From: Chlorokybus atmophyticus
Lineage: Eukaryota > Plantae > Mesostigma and Chlorokybus algae
Reading direction: 5' to 3'
DNA: 64,000 bases
Assembly: GCA_009103225.1 (NCBI GenBank)
Contig: RHPI01003642.1
Coordinates: 455,116 to 519,115 of the forward strand
How positions within the stretch are numbered: position 1 is the first letter of the stretch; each line of letters begins with the position of its first letter. This document shows positions 13,349 through 26,836 of this stretch, piece by piece. A model generated the notes under the pieces. That model ran no database searches. It was not told the origin of the DNA and saw nothing but the letters and a program-made list of their open reading frames with translations. Position numbers and translations under genes: made by a program.

Positions 13349-15300
13349 CTAAGCTGAATTCAATGCAACTTGTGGCTCCAACGCTACGGACTGCATGCTG
13401 TGGCTGAGCTGCCATTTCCTGAAGGCCTCCAACGGGTCAAACTTCTCAATGGGGTCTGCCTTTGGGTCACGCTCCTCCAGTGCCACAGTTGCCTACGACA
13501 GGCGCAAGTATATATGAATGGACTGAATTCCATCGGATAATGACAAACCAAGAGTGCAGTATGGTACCTCTACATATGATTCGTGATGGTAAACGTAAGG
13601 GTTGTCACCATTAAAGCGCTCTTTTTCCAACTCTTTCATGTCAAAGTATTCCGCTAGGACCTCTCGTGTCTTACTTGGCTGCACAGTGAAAGAATATGTA
13701 TATGCAGTGCGACTTGCAACAACAAGTGACTGCACAAGCGCGCACAAGCGCCTACCTCGACAAAGATGATCTTCTTCTTGGTCTGCTCATCAATAAACGG
13801 GTAGACGGCCTTCCACGCAGTTCTGAACACGAATGGCGCATCCACCAAGTAACAGCGAGCCAACCTTTCCACGTAATGGCTCTGCAAGACAAACCAATAC
13901 AAATCAATTCAGCAGCACGCAATCCCGCATTGCATAACTGAGCAGTTGACGAGGTGACATTTTGCCCTCAATCCAGGCAGCAGAGAAGCAACATGGTGTA
14001 CCTGCAAGCAATTGAGGAGGTCAAGGGTGAAGCGTACGTCCCCATTGTACTTGCTGTTGTACCCAGCCAACGACGACACCCAGGTCATCTTGTGGATGCC
14101 TTTACTTGTATCCATGGCCTTGATTGCCATCTCTAGCTGATATATCATGAATAGCAACCTCTCCCTATGCACGCAACATGAATTCATAAACATTTACCCA
14201 ATGCATAAGTACCAAGGTATACGCTGCATGCAAGCAGGCAGAACCTGCTGGAATGCGGGTCCAATTGGACGTGTACTCCGGTCATGATTGCAGGATGCCC
14301 ATTCTTGTCGGTGCCATGCAAATACATCTTGCCCAAAGCCAGGCAGGAGTTAATAAACCCGGTTCGCGCGGACAGCTTGTCTATCTGCTCCGCTACCCGC
14401 CACTGCAGGGTCCCTCTCAGCGCCTGCGAAGCCTTTTTCAGCTTGAAATCTCTCGCCCGCAGATACCGCACGAGGCAGATATCATCGCAATACTCCTTGT
14501 CCTGTGCGCAAATCAACATCATTATGACATACTGTCAATACTCGCTCGGCTGCATGTGCATGAAGGACACAACTCACCCTATCGGACAGGATGTAGGGAG
14601 GTGTCTTCTCGCTTGCACCAGATTTGTTTCTGCCAGTCAGGCGGTCTTTCAGCGAGCGCTTTCGCTTCTCAACCTGTGCATCTGTTGCATCTACCCCAGC
14701 ATTGCTTTCCTCACCCTCTCCCCCTCCTTCACTTGCTACTTCCCCGTCGCCCAACCTTCCGCTGTCGACTAAACGCCTGAAGTCGGCAAACACTTGACGC
14801 TGCTCCTCGGTCAACTCTGCATGGTGACAAGCAGATGTAGCCACGAGCAAGCTCCTTTACTACAACCAGTTGCTGCTTGGTAGGCAGTTGTGCAAAGAAC
14901 TTGGCCTAGAATGACATATTACTTCCAGTTTGCTACCAGATCCCAGTGACGGTATTGCTGGTGCACCCAACGTAACAGGTGCCATTGCACTATATATCAC
15001 TGTAAGCTAAACTCATACTGTGATCCTCGCGCCAGCATCATCAAGGTTAGGGGTGACAGCACACCTAAACAGGCCTTCTGGTGCCCCATGTCAGGCCTTA
15101 CTTGACACTGAACTAGTTGCGCAAGGCATCAAGGCAAACAATGGTAATAACTGCTTAAAGGGAGTAGCACCGTCGTCAAACTCTCGCGGTCGCTTCTACA
15201 ACTAATGTAGACATACATACATACATACCAGGCTGCACATACACAGCGAACCAGCACAACAACCTTTGAGAATGTCGTACGGCGCAATCGCCACGGCCAT
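13349..15300 (-). CDS. CRAL-TRIO (Sec14-like) lipid-binding protein, multi-exon; first exon uncertain
   Basis: DDICLVRYLRARDFKLKKA, GKMYLHGTDKNGHP, HYVERLARCYLVDAPFVFRTAWKAVYPFIDEQTKKKIIFV; TAG 13349-13351. Start assigned tentatively to ATG 15300 (phase-compatible short exon). Confidence 0.85.
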
Positions 15301-16151
15301 CGCCTCGCCTCGCCTCGCCTCGTCTTGCTCCGCTGGTGCTATCCCTCAACCCCTATAAGCGGCAACCTTGCGCGGAGGGCGGACTGTTTAAGGCCCACCA
15401 AGAGGAGTGACTTAGGCAACAGCGGGCGTTACACTCAACGACTGAGTCAGCGCAACCTTCAGCAGGTGCTGTGTGCGCTCAGTACACCACAAGAAACAGA
15501 GTCTCCTCTGGTCTGTGACCATGCATAGCCCTCTCACCCGTCCACACCCACAACACCGCCCTCACCGCCGCCCGCCGTGAGAGAGCTTTGCAGCACGCTC
15601 AGCCGGGTCTTGTGTCGCCTCACGACACGCCTTTGCGCTGCGGCTGGGGAACACCAATGCAGTCCAGCGGGGAACGAATCAATCTCGTTCACCGTTCACT
15701 GTACGAGTCAAAGGAGCCGTGCTGACGTACCCAGCCAACATCCGTATCAGTATGCCAGTGGTACTCTGCAATATAGAGCACGATGTCTAGTTTATTGTTC
15801 ATGATGTATCGATAGTATGTACCAAGTTAATGCTTGATGCTATTATATGTACATGTACGCTCTGGTATTATGTAAACTATTATTCATACTATGTACATTG
15901 GCTCCTAATAGTTATCATAGCATTAACGTAAGCGTTTTATCTGATTGTGCGCGTAAAGCGCATGTTAGGGGTGGAAAAGCATGCGCGCTTCGCTGTAGCA
16001 CGTCATACATGTTTCGATGCATTTAATTCACTATCATATTGTTCAATAACAATTAGATACTAAAAAGCGATGTGTGCTGGTATTACACATGCATCAAGCT
16101 GCTTACATACGAACATGTGGTCTTGTTGTGATATGTTACGTATAACTTATA

Positions 16152-18703
16152 CTAGTGTGTGGGACCCGTGGTATGTCGTATTTATTTATGTGCATGAGCA
16201 TGACGATTAATGCATCGACATAATGCATCACAGCATGCATAGCAATATTTGTTGTCAAGTCAGACGTAAGTGTAACACAGCATGCAATGTTCATACTATC
16301 GGTCAAAACTTCTTTATACACAACATTCCTCGTGTACACGACGCGCTGTCCTTCCTCCTCTTGTTGGTTGCTCAACGCGAGCACACGCACGCCTGCCCGG
16401 CTGCCAACGCGTGACATGGCCACGTACAATTGGCCATGTGTGAAGACAGGCTCCGGCAGATACAGGCCCACCTTGCGAAGTGTCTTGCCTTGAGACTTGT
16501 TGATCGTCATTGCAAATGCTGATCTGATCGGGAACTGCCGTCGTCTTAACGTAAACGGCATGCGCTCGACATCGGAAGGGGTAATAGTAAGGCGGGGGAT
16601 GAACACTCGTTCTCCTTTAGCTGGTCCCGTAGCAACTTGCGCATCAATGACACGCTGCCCCAATGTCTTGCAGATGAGATGGGTGCCGTTGGCAAGGCCA
16701 CCAGTCATGTTACGCAGTAGCATGATCGGGCTCCCGACCTTAAGTCTTATCTCATGAGGGGGCAATCCGGACACCATAATGCTATTCAGGTACTCGATTG
16801 GATAATTGTCAACCTGCTCGTCATCTGCTACAAAGTCTGCGCTGCGATACACCAACTCGCCAACTCTGCACATTTATATTGGCCTTCAGCATGTTAGGTC
16901 AAATTTATGGTCACGCAGGCTTGAATGATAAAATTATCATATTGTGTTTAACTCACCTGGGTGAAATTTTGCCATCATGCGAGCGTTGATCTCGTTCACT
17001 GCTACATTCTTGGGGGTGAGGATAGCTCTCTCAATGACATAATCAGTCACGGCTTCAGGGGTTCTGTGTTGATGCAGGTCGCCATAGATGTCATCAATGA
17101 GCCCTTCAATGCTGTCAGCCGTGCATCACATGTCCGCGGGCACGCGCACCATCTCTTCTCCAATTTGAAAATGTTGTGGCTCAATGCCATCACCTATACC
17201 CTGCAAGTATTCGGAGAAAGCCTGCTGTGCGTCGCCGTTCTCACCAGCTGCTCGCATTGTCTGCACTCGCATGTTGATGTGCAGCTTCATTACTTTAATC
17301 CGCGGCCACAATTCGGAGCACTTAAAGCTGGCCTCGGCAATGTCGCTGCGTGTGCCGCGAGGCACAACAGGCAGGATTTGCCTGAAGTCGCCTCCCAACA
17401 CGACGACCTTGCCACCAAACAGCAATTTCTCAGCCTTTGGGTGCTCTGTGCTCATGATGTCTCGGGGAGATTTGTCCACCGCTTCAAAGCAGTGCTTGTT
17501 CATCATGGGCGCCTCATCCCATACAATGAGCTTGGTAGCAACGATCAGCTTGGCAAGAGAAGACCCTCGCGAAATGTTTCACGTCGAATCCCCACTGAGT
17601 GCAGCAACGGGTATCTCGAAGCGCGAGTGAGCTATTCTGCCACCTGTGCGAACATGGGTATGATATCGAATAGGGATAACATGTGTGTGGCGTGCATGCC
17701 ATCATTGTAGTAACCGTTACCTTTCAGTAACAAAGCCGCAATACCGGAAGAGGCGACGGCGAGCGCAATCTGCGACAGCCCCCTCACATGCGACAATAAT
17801 GTATTGTACACAAATGTCTTGCCAGTGCCTCCCAAACCATCAATAAAAAATGCGCGATCGGCAGGGGTGTCGTTGGCGATCGCCGCTACAACCTGATCAT
17901 ATATCCCTCGTTGCTGCGCGTTAAAAAGGGGAACATTATCTTGCTCGACTTGTTGCATGGCGTCAACATCGTGTCCTCCCAACTCCTCTTTTACCAAAGG
18001 CGAATCGTTGTCCATTGGATCGGATTGTGGTAATAGCAAGTTGAAGTCGCTCAAACTCTTGCCGTGAGTCATCTATTGGCGCAAAAGATCGTGCAAAGCT
18101 TGATTAATGACGTTATGATCAAGCAGGGCTTCTGGATTCTCCTGCGTGCATGCACACGCATCATTATCGTATTGTTGTAGGATATCAGTACGGCATTTGA
18201 ATCGCGCACGTACCATGAGGCGCTTGTGCATGATGTCATCTGTAAAGAATTGGAAGAACTTATCCCATATTGCTTTCGGGTCGTGCACTTCTTTCAACAG
18301 CAATATCACAGCAAACATTGCACGAAGTTGCCATCCTAACTGATGCTGCGACATGCACGCAATTGTCAGTATTAAGTTCCAATATGTATACACTTTCATG
18401 TGCATTGTGAACACCGACTTACCAACGATGCTTCTGGGATGGCAAGCTCCCACTCGTTGTCCGCTTGCAGCAACCCTTGTGCCATGTACGCCTTTTTGAA
18501 TGTCTCGTGCACAGCGGGAACAGGGCCATTATATGTCGTGCGCAGATGCTCCCAACTGCACGCGCCAGGCACATTGTACAACAGCATCCGTAGATAAAAC
18601 TTCTCCCCTGCATTGCTCTTCACGTAATGCATGCGCCCAACAGCTGGAAATTGCATGTTGTTTTTGTAAATTTGCTATTCCGTCGCGGCATATGGAAACC
18701 TCG
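16152..18703 (-). mobile_element. Helitron, 3' half (PIF1 helicase and end of Rep), degenerate
   Basis: VGRMHYVKSNAGEKFYLRMLL, Walker [55 protein letters not shown]. Minus-strand 3' end CACGGG-N9-CTAG|T at 16152 (hairpin imperfect). Stops and frameshifts present. Confidence 0.9.
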
Positions 18704-19110
18704 CAACGTCGCAAAAGTTTCCCCTGCCGGCCGACTGAATTTTGGCAACGGCCGTGCACCTGAGGATACGCATTTTGATTGTCGACCTTCAGTCTATCGG
18801 CGATCTTGATATAGGGACTTGAGCATAGCGGCCGTCACCATTGGTTGGCGGCCGTCTGCATAAAGGGACCGACTTTAATTAATAGGCACCTGTCAGGTAC
18901 TCAACAGTTAAGCAAAGTGGACTTGACCCAACTAACAAATAACTGACCGGTACCTATCAGTTAGGTACCGGCGACTGTACGCTAACTAAGCAAAATTGTC
19001 AGGTACCTTAAGGTACCTTGGCTTAATGATGTGTACCTTTAAAGGTACTTGCTGGTACCGCTCAGTCATGATTAGGTGTCACACGTGATTGTCGTCAGCT
19101 GTGCAAGAAT
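18704..19110 (+). repeat. E1 left terminal/subterminal inverted repeat
   Basis: Reverse complement aligns with 41690-42090 (e.g. gtatcctcaRgtgcacggccgttgccaa; exact cacagctgacgacaatcac). Five GGTACC copies between 18948 and 19060. Confidence 0.85.
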
Positions 19111-19599
19111 GCGTGACAAATAATAAAAACAAAAATAAATAAATCACAATGTTATATACTGAGCTACTACTACTGCTAGTACAACTAGACTACCACTACT
19201 GCTACCACTACCACTACTGCTACTACTACCTTAGGTACTGCTGCTAGCACTACCCTTGTACTGAGCTGCGGCTCCTGCACCGCCCGCTCCTTCTCCGCCG
19301 CCGCCGTTCCTTCTCCGCCGCCGCTGCCGCCGCCTGGCCTGGTCTGGCCTAGCCTAGCCTGGCCTGGCCTGGCCGCCCTAAGGCAAGGAGGGTGGTTAGC
19401 TGGCATGCGGTGTTGCGCGTAGTACAACGCCAGATAGCAACCAAGCTCACCTACTGTTAGCTGTTGCCGCCGCCGCCGCCGCCGCCCACAACGCTCTGTT
19501 CAACTTGAAGCCGTTGAGCGTTTGAATAACTTGAGCAGCCCAAGTTATTGCGGAGTTACACGGTGCTTGTCACACATGTATATTCATAACCTTCATCAG

Positions 19600-19810
19600 T
19601 TTCATGCCACAGATGTGAGTGAACATTCAACACCAATCTAAAACTACGCAATACGATTCACACCAAGTCCTAGCTTTGAGTGAATTTTCAACACCATTCC
19701 AATACCAAGCAACACGTTTTGCACTAACTCCTAGCTGTGAGTAGATATTCAACCCCACACGAATAAACATATACTCTCATTTTGGCCAAGTCCCGAATGT
19801 GATTGAAAAC
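19600..19810. repeat. Degenerate ~60-bp tandem repeat (gtgagtgaa...ttcaacacc)
   Basis: Three to four recognisable copies read by eye. Confidence 0.5.
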
Positions 19811-21338
19811 CAAGTAGATTGCACTGCTAATTATAATATACAGTCTAGTATGTGTCAAAGCCAGAGTTGCTCAGCAATTCCACACAGCTGGTTTGAGTTG
19901 ATGGTGGGGGACAGCTCTGATATGGACTACAGCATTGCTATGCTACACACCACCTGCTACTAGCTCAACTCATGTCTTTGCTGTGCTAACATATTGTCCA
20001 TGAGTGTTCGCAATCGTCTTCTCAACCTGTCTGCCACTTGAGGATGAAACCAACTCCTTTGCATCTGCACACAACCACACAGCAATAACATGTGGTTACT
20101 AAGCACGTGTCGGCCTACACGACAGTGCTATTGAAGCACCTTCCACTTGTAAACATTGCAGTGCACATGCATGAACTGTACCTATTGAAATATCCGTGCG
20201 TTTGGGTCAATTGGACCAGCTTGTACCCCATCTATAAACTTGTCAAGATAAAGCATGACAAACAACCCGCACGCAACTCCATCCTTCTGCTGAGGGATCT
20301 GCACAAACATGTGTCAATGCTTGCAAACCAAATGCATGTGCATGCATTCAATCGTGCTTGTGACAATGCATGCAAACTCATCACTAGTACAATGCAACGT
20401 GTGCTACCTGTGGTACAAGAAGCTGTACATTTTCGGGAGAGAAGCGTCGTTGTGAGTCACTTCCATGCTTCCTGCCCCACATGTAGTAGTCAAGGTAAGC
20501 GCGCATAGGTCCATCAGCGTTGCGATGCAGGCCAAGGGAGTCGAGATGGACGAGAAAAGGCGGCGTGTCACTTCTAAGTTGGCCTCCAGGATTGCACACA
20601 AGCAGCAGACTCCAGTGAGTCCCGTGCACACAATCAAAATAATTTCAGTCTGCAAATACAGCAGCAATTCAGCAAGATATTCTTGGCGCTTATTCTCACC
20701 GCGTGTCTGGGTTGACAATCACTCCCAGCAAGTCCTTAGCAAACGGATCACTCTCCCACCTGTCTATCATGTGATTCCCGTGTGCCAGGCATTTTATCTA
20801 TGGCAGCGCACGATCTTGGTGTAGAAATGCGGGTGGAACAGCTTCACCAAAATGCCATCTGCTGAGCCTAAGATTTCCTCTTCCTTGTATCTGCATGTGC
20901 ATCCCATGTACATATGAGATACACGAATAACACAAACGCAACAAATCACATACCTGCAAAAGAAGTGGAGGATGGTGTCATTGAGCTCTTGTCTGCCATC
21001 CAGCAACCTCCTGTCCGTTTCAAGCACTGGCAACGCATCACGTGCACTTGCAGTAGGGTAAATGAACAGTGGCTGCGGTGTTGACGGCTGCGGGTTGCTG
21101 ACTGGATCGTCCAGCACCATGATATCATTATCGCTGCCCACGAGGTCCACAGCTGCCGCAGCCGTCGTGGATTGCTGATTACAACCCTCTTCGTCTTCAT
21201 CGTCAACTTCCATCGTGACTGCCTCTGCAGCCATAAATAGTTCAATTGGGCAAGGACCACAACGCAAATCAACAAGCTCAAGCACACAGCAGCTTACCAT
21301 TGTTAGCCTCATCCCCAATCTCTTCAACGTGTTGAACC

Positions 21339-21763
21339 TGTTGAAGGACTAGCATGCACATGTACTTAAGGCAAGCATAGACACACAGAGACAGAGCTAC
21401 CGCCACCAGAGCATACACAAGTTACATCACATTCATCTATTACAAGTTGTCCGCTGGTTCTTATACCAGCCAGTTACACACACGTCTACGTTTGCAAGCA
21501 CTGCGTAAGCTATACTCAGCCTTTTGACGCGCTCTAAGCTGTGTTGTCTTTCTTACAACCAGAGCTTTCCAGCAAGCTCTTACACGCCTAATATGAGTAA
21601 GTGTACGCGGAGATACGAAGCAGTTAGTAAGGCTCTAGTCTGGCGTCCGGAGTCTGGTCCGACGACGCCATCTTGCTAAGTCCGGACCTAGTGCTCATCC
21701 TTACGACCTTCTACTCCTGTGTGGAGGGTCGATGCTGATCGTATGTAGGAATGACTCTTAACA
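21339..21763 (-). repeat. Copia 3' LTR
   Basis: 13 substitutions versus the 5' LTR over 425 bp by manual count (~97% identical). Confidence 0.95.
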
Positions 21764-21805
21764 CTCCCACGCGAGCAGCTTGACCTCCAACACTTGCTCC
21801 TGTAG

Positions 21806-24800
21806 TCAAACACAGATGCCAAGTCCTGCGCAACAAGTCTTGAACTTGAGCGGTGACAATGGCTTTGTCATGAAGTCCGCCAGCATGCCCTCAGTGTTGC
21901 AGTACTGGAACTCCACCTCCTTCCTTGTGACTCTGTCACGCACAAAGTGATGCATAACATCAATGTGCTTCGTCCTTGCCGAGGCGATAGGGTGCTTCAA
22001 CAACTTGATGGCTCCTTGATTGTCATAGTTGATGACGATGCACGCCATGGGGTGCTCCAAATCTGCCATGAGCTTGCGAAGCCAGAGTGCCTCCTTCACT
22101 GCTGCTGCCGCTGCCATGTACTCAGCCTCTGATGTAGATGCTGCTGTTGTTGGCTGCAGCCTGCTATTCCAGCTCACCACGCCTCCGTTCAGCTTGAAGA
22201 CGTAGCCTGTAGTGGACCTCCTGCTGTTGGGGTCACCGGCAAAGTCCGAGTTGCAGTAGCCCTCCAACTCAGTGCTCCCGCTCCCAAACTTGATGCCAAC
22301 TGTTGCGCTCCCAGCAACATAGCGTAGTACTCCCTTTGCTGCTCTCCAGTGCTCCATGCTCGGTGCAGACATGTAGCGAGCAAGTACTCCCACAGCATGT
22401 GCAACATCGGGACGTGTGCACACTGCCATATAGAGCATGCTGCCTACCAGCTCACCATATGGATACTGAGACTTGTCGAGTACCTCCTCGTCCTTTGCCT
22501 TGACGAGGGCAGTGCCAAGTGCCAACGGTGTGGTCTTGGTCTTCGCTTCAATGAGCCCAAACTTGGTGACGAGTCTTCTCACCATCTGCTCCTGACTGAT
22601 CTTGATTGTGCGAGCCGCCCTGTCGCGCTCAATCACCATGCCAAGGAACCACTTGGCCTCTCCAAGATCACGAACTGAGAATGCTTGCTGCAAAGCAAGT
22701 TTCGTCTCCTGCAGGTGGTGCACCTGCCTGGCGGTGATGATGATATCATCAACATACACGAGCAGCCAGACCTTGTTGTCTGCATGGATGAAGAGCCCAG
22801 GGTCTGCAGAGGATGCGGTGAAGCCAAGTGCCTCCAGCTCCTTGGTGAGCTTGATGTGCCACATACGCGGTGCCTGTCGCAGCCCGTACAGTGCCTTGAT
22901 CAGCTTGCACGCTGTGCCTCTCTCCCCTTCTTCATATCCAGGTGGTTGCTCGATGAAGATCTCCTCCTCCAGCTCTCCGTAGAGGAAGGCAGTCTTCACA
23001 TCCAGGTAATACAGCTCTAGGTCTTCAGCAGCAACCATAGCTAGCAGTGCACGGAAGGTGGTATGCTTACTTGCAGGTGCAAACACTTCGTTGAAGTCAA
23101 AGGGCTTCCTGCTGCAAGAAGCCCTTTGCCACCAGTCTTGCCTTGTAGCGCTCAATGTTGCCCTGACCATCACGCTTCACCTTGAAGACTCATTTCACTG
23201 GAATGGTCTACACTCCTTGCGGTAACTGCTCCAGTGACCAAGTGTTGTTGGCATGGAGTGACGCAATCTCCTTGTCCATAGCACGCTGCCATTGCTCCGC
23301 ATCTGGTGCTAACAATGCCTCCTCGTAGGTGCTTGGCTCCTCATTGTGCACACTGACGACGTGTGCCTTGTGTAAGAAGTCAGGTGCCTTTCTCTCCCTC
23401 ATTGGGTATCTCCGAGCTGCGTACTCCTGCTGCAGGTGCGACTGCTTGTCTGCTACAGTAGAGTCCTGCTCACCCTTATCGTCGATGATGGCCTTGCCTG
23501 CAACTCCCCCTTTCATAGGAAGTTCCTCCGGCTTTGCTTCATCTTCATCTCGAGGAAAGAAGCCTGCTTCTGGTTATGTTAATCCCTCGTGGAAAACCAC
23601 CTCTGTGCTCACGATGATGTTCTGAGTGTCCTCGAGCAAGATCCTGTAAGCCTTGGAACCCGGTTCATAGCCAACGAAGATGCCCTTCTTGCTGACTGGC
23701 TCTAGCTTGTGCCTGAGCTGTTTAGGCACTAGTGCATATGCCGTGCATCCAAACACACGCATACCACTCACATCTGGTGTGGCTCCATAGAAGTGCTCCC
23801 ACGGAGTCTTCTGCTCTGAGCTCACCGGAGACCTGTTGCGGATGTAGTTAGCAGTGAGTACCGCCTCCTTCCACAAACTGTCTTCCATCTTTGTGTCGTT
23901 GAGCATGGCTCGAACACGCTCCAAGAGTGTCCTGTTGAGGCGTTCAGCTGCTCCATTCTGCTGCGGGGTGTAGGGTGCCGTTGTCTCGTGGCGTATGCCT
24001 TTGCTGGTGAAGAACTCCTTCAACTCCTTATTGATGTACTCCCCTCCTCGATCACTCCTCATTGCCTTCATCTTGTTGCCAGACTGGGTCTCCAACAAGT
24101 CCACAATTGTGCGCACAGCTCCAGCAACTTCTGACTTCAGTGTCAATGGAAAGATGACGGATAGCTTGCTGCAGTCGTCGAGGAATGTAGCAAAGTACCC
24201 GACCCCTCCCTTCGCCACAATGCGCATAGGGCCACAGACATCCATGTGCACAAGCTCGCAAGGATGCTGACTGCTAGAAGAGGATGATGGGAATGGCATA
24301 GCATGCTGCTTTGCAACTAGGCATGGTTCACAAATTGCACCTGATGCATTCTTGAGTTCTTCTGTGCTTAGATGGATGCCCTTGACCATCTTCTCAGCGA
24401 TAAGGCGAGTGAGGTTGTTGTAGCTGAGATGCCCGAACCTTCGATGCCACAATGTTGGCGACTCCTTGTCCTTCACCATCATGGCTTGAATGTCAATGTC
24501 CTGTAGGTGCTGCTCCACGTGGTAGAGCCCTCCCGGATCAGCGATTCCAACCATGTGTACGACCCCATCAAGGTTGACTGTGCAGCCACCCTTCCAAAAT
24601 AGGATCTCCGCGCCTAAGCGCTCCGCAACCCTCACAGAGAACAGACTCGCAATAGCCTTAGGGACATGCAGAACGTTGCGTAACAACACCTCGCGTAGTG
24701 TGTTACCAACCTTGCAATGGAGTCGTACGTTGCCAGCTCCCTCAGCCACCAGTACTTCACCACCGAAGCCCGCCACTTTGATTGTGGACGTCAGCTTCTT

Positions 24801-25706
24801 GTAGCCCTCCATCACCTCCTTGTTTGGTGTGAGATGACGATTGCAGCCAGAGTCCACCACCCAGAAAGCTGTGCCCGCCCTCGGATTGGATGCAGTGAAG
24901 GCGACATGTTTCTCCTTGTGTTGGTGCTCGTTGCCGCTGTTGCTGGTGCTTGCTCTAGGTTGCCCCTGTTGTTTCTTCCTACAGTCCTTAACAATGTGCC
25001 CCTTCCAACCACACCAATGGCATGTGAGGTCTTTGTGACGAGGATTGCCTGGCTTGTTGCCCTTGTACTTTTCTTCATGGTTGCTCTTTTTGGCGTGCTT
25101 GCCGGTGTAGAAGGCGACGGCATCCGCTTGCTCGTCCTTCTTCACAACCCTCTGCTCCACGGTGAGCAGCTTCGGTAGCACATCGTCCAACGTCAACTCC
25201 GATGATGACGTCTCCAGCAGGGTTGCGACGACCTCGTACTCTGCTGGTAGCCCTGCAACAATGGCCAGCACTACCTCCGTCTCCCCCATGTCGTGGCCGA
25301 CGTTGATAAGGTCCGCCCATAGCTCTCTCGCGCGTGCAACATACTTTGTGATGGGTTCTGCTGCCTCCTTTCTGAGTGCGCTGAGCTGCTTGCGTAGATG
25401 CAACTTTCTGGCATTGTTCTTGGCTCTGAAAACGGCTGATAGCTTTTCCCAAGCTTGTCTACCATCTTCACATGCAGTGAGCATGGGAAAGTGATGCGGT
25501 TTGCTGTTCAACACAAGCATAGAGTGTGCTTTTGCTGAATGCTCTGACCACACAGTGTTCGCTCCTGGTGTTGGTGGTGGTGCCTTCGGATCAACGTACT
25601 TCCACACCTTCTTGTGGATGAGCAAGGCCTTCATCTCCACGCACCATGTGTTGTAGTTGTCGGTGTCCAGCTTTGCAATCTGCCCCTTGTCGTAGGTCGC
25701 CTCCAT
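21806..25706 (-). pseudogene. Copia gag-pol (gag with CCHC, protease, integrase, RT, RNase H)
   Basis: CHWCGWKGHIVKDC; WVVDSGC; LWHRRFGH..CEPC; DVCGP / SDRGGEY / NGAAERLN; LLVYVDD; RNase H GYCNSDFAG with D>N. Stops and frameshifts near 23574 and 23100-23210. Confidence 0.93.
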
Positions 25707-25817
25707 TTCTGTCGAGCCTGCCTTTCTTGCAGTTGACACCCAAGGCTCTGCTACCAACAAGCTACCGTAGTGTAGAACTACTATGCACACAAGCTAGTCT
25801 CACACTCCTCAAGCGTA

Positions 25818-25833
25818 GTGTGGGCCCATAACC
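25818..25833 (-). promoter_or_regulatory. Primer-binding site GGTTATGGGCCC (half-tRNA-iMet type)
   Basis: Immediately follows the 5' LTR on the minus strand; same type as Drosophila copia and Volvox Osser. Confidence 0.88.
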
Positions 25834-26258
25834 TGTTGAAGGACTAGCATGCACATGTAGTTGAGGCAAGCATAGACACACAGAGACAGAGCTACCGCCA
25901 CCAGAGCATACACAAGTCACATCACATTCATCTATTACAAGTTGTCCGCTGGTTCTTATATCAGCCAGTTACACACACGTCTACGTTTGCAAGCACTGCG
26001 TAAGCTATACTCAGCCTTTTGACGCTCTCTAAGCTGTGTTGTCTTTCTTACAACCAGAGCTTTCCAACAAGCTCTTACACGCCTACTATGAGTAAGTATA
26101 CGCGGAGATACGGAGCAGTTGGTAAGGCTCCAGTCTGGAGTCCGGAGTCTGGTCCGACGACGCCATCTTGCTAAGTCCGGACCTAGTGCTCATCCTTACG
26201 ACCTTCTACTCCTGTGTGGAGGGTCGATGCTGATCGTATGTAGGAATGACTCTCAACA
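25834..26258 (-). repeat. Copia 5' LTR
   Basis: Direct repeat of 21339-21763. Confidence 0.95.
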
Positions 26259-26836
26259 GAACCCCACTCTGCACAGGTTGTGAAACCCTACCGCAACTGC
26301 CCGGCAGAGAACGACGAGCAAGCATCGCCCTTGATAGCTGCGCTGGAGCACCACCTTCTTCGTACGCAGCGCATTGCAAGCACGTAACCTCAACCATGCT
26401 ACCCACAGCATGCCGTCGACAGAGGCTGTTTAGACACGTCGCGCAGACTTGAAAAGCTGCTTCGTTGCAGTTCTTCACATGGCACCTGTGTTTTGGTTCA
26501 ATACAAGTGATGATGGTTCTAGGAGTGAAGTTCCTCACAACAAGATGCCAAGCATTTGCTGCAATAAAGTCCACTTACTCATGCCTTGGGCACTCCCAAT
26601 ATTTATCCTCCACAGGTGGCATAGAGACACAGTGCGCGTGGTAGCTTTTCCAGCAACCTTCCACATCGCAGCAAGATATGGTGCCCCCATCCTTGCAGAC
26701 AAAGCAGTAGTCTTCATGTTCCCGATGTTCCAACGCATCCAGCTCCAGTCTCGGTCTCATCCTGTGAACAAAGGTTCAGTGGCCAGGTCTACAGTCTCAC
26801 AGTAGGGATATGAGGCATCACAATCGCAAACAGTAC

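Larger units (their letters stand above)
21339..26258 (-). mobile_element. Full-length Ty1/Copia LTR retrotransposon, degenerate pol
   Basis: TG...CA LTRs of 425 bp, 5-bp TSD GAACC (21334-21338, 26259-26263), PBS GGTTATGGGCCC, PPT-like GCGTGGGAG next to the 3' LTR. Confidence 0.97.
19960..26761 (-). pseudogene. NSD-type PHD-C5HCH plus Ulp1/C48 SUMO-protease coding region, interrupted in an exon by the Copia
   Basis: EDYCFVCKDGGTISCCDVEGCWKSYHAHCV..YWECPRHE|CHVKNCNEAAFQVCATCLNSLCRRH (phase-2 intron). Reading frame QSGV|QHVEEIGDE is restored when the Copia is removed. Ulp1 triad H (THWSLL), D (LDSL), C (IPQQKDGVACG); TAG 19960-19962. Confidence 0.82.

Noticed and set aside
18627-18710. Plus-strand WKPR motif suggesting a small inversion of Helitron Rep at the junction
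   Set aside because: The minus strand already rejoins plausibly with a CG TSD, so no inversion is needed.
19185-19427. ORF near the E1 left end
   Set aside because: Composed of CTA, GCC and CTGGC simple repeats; no domain signal.
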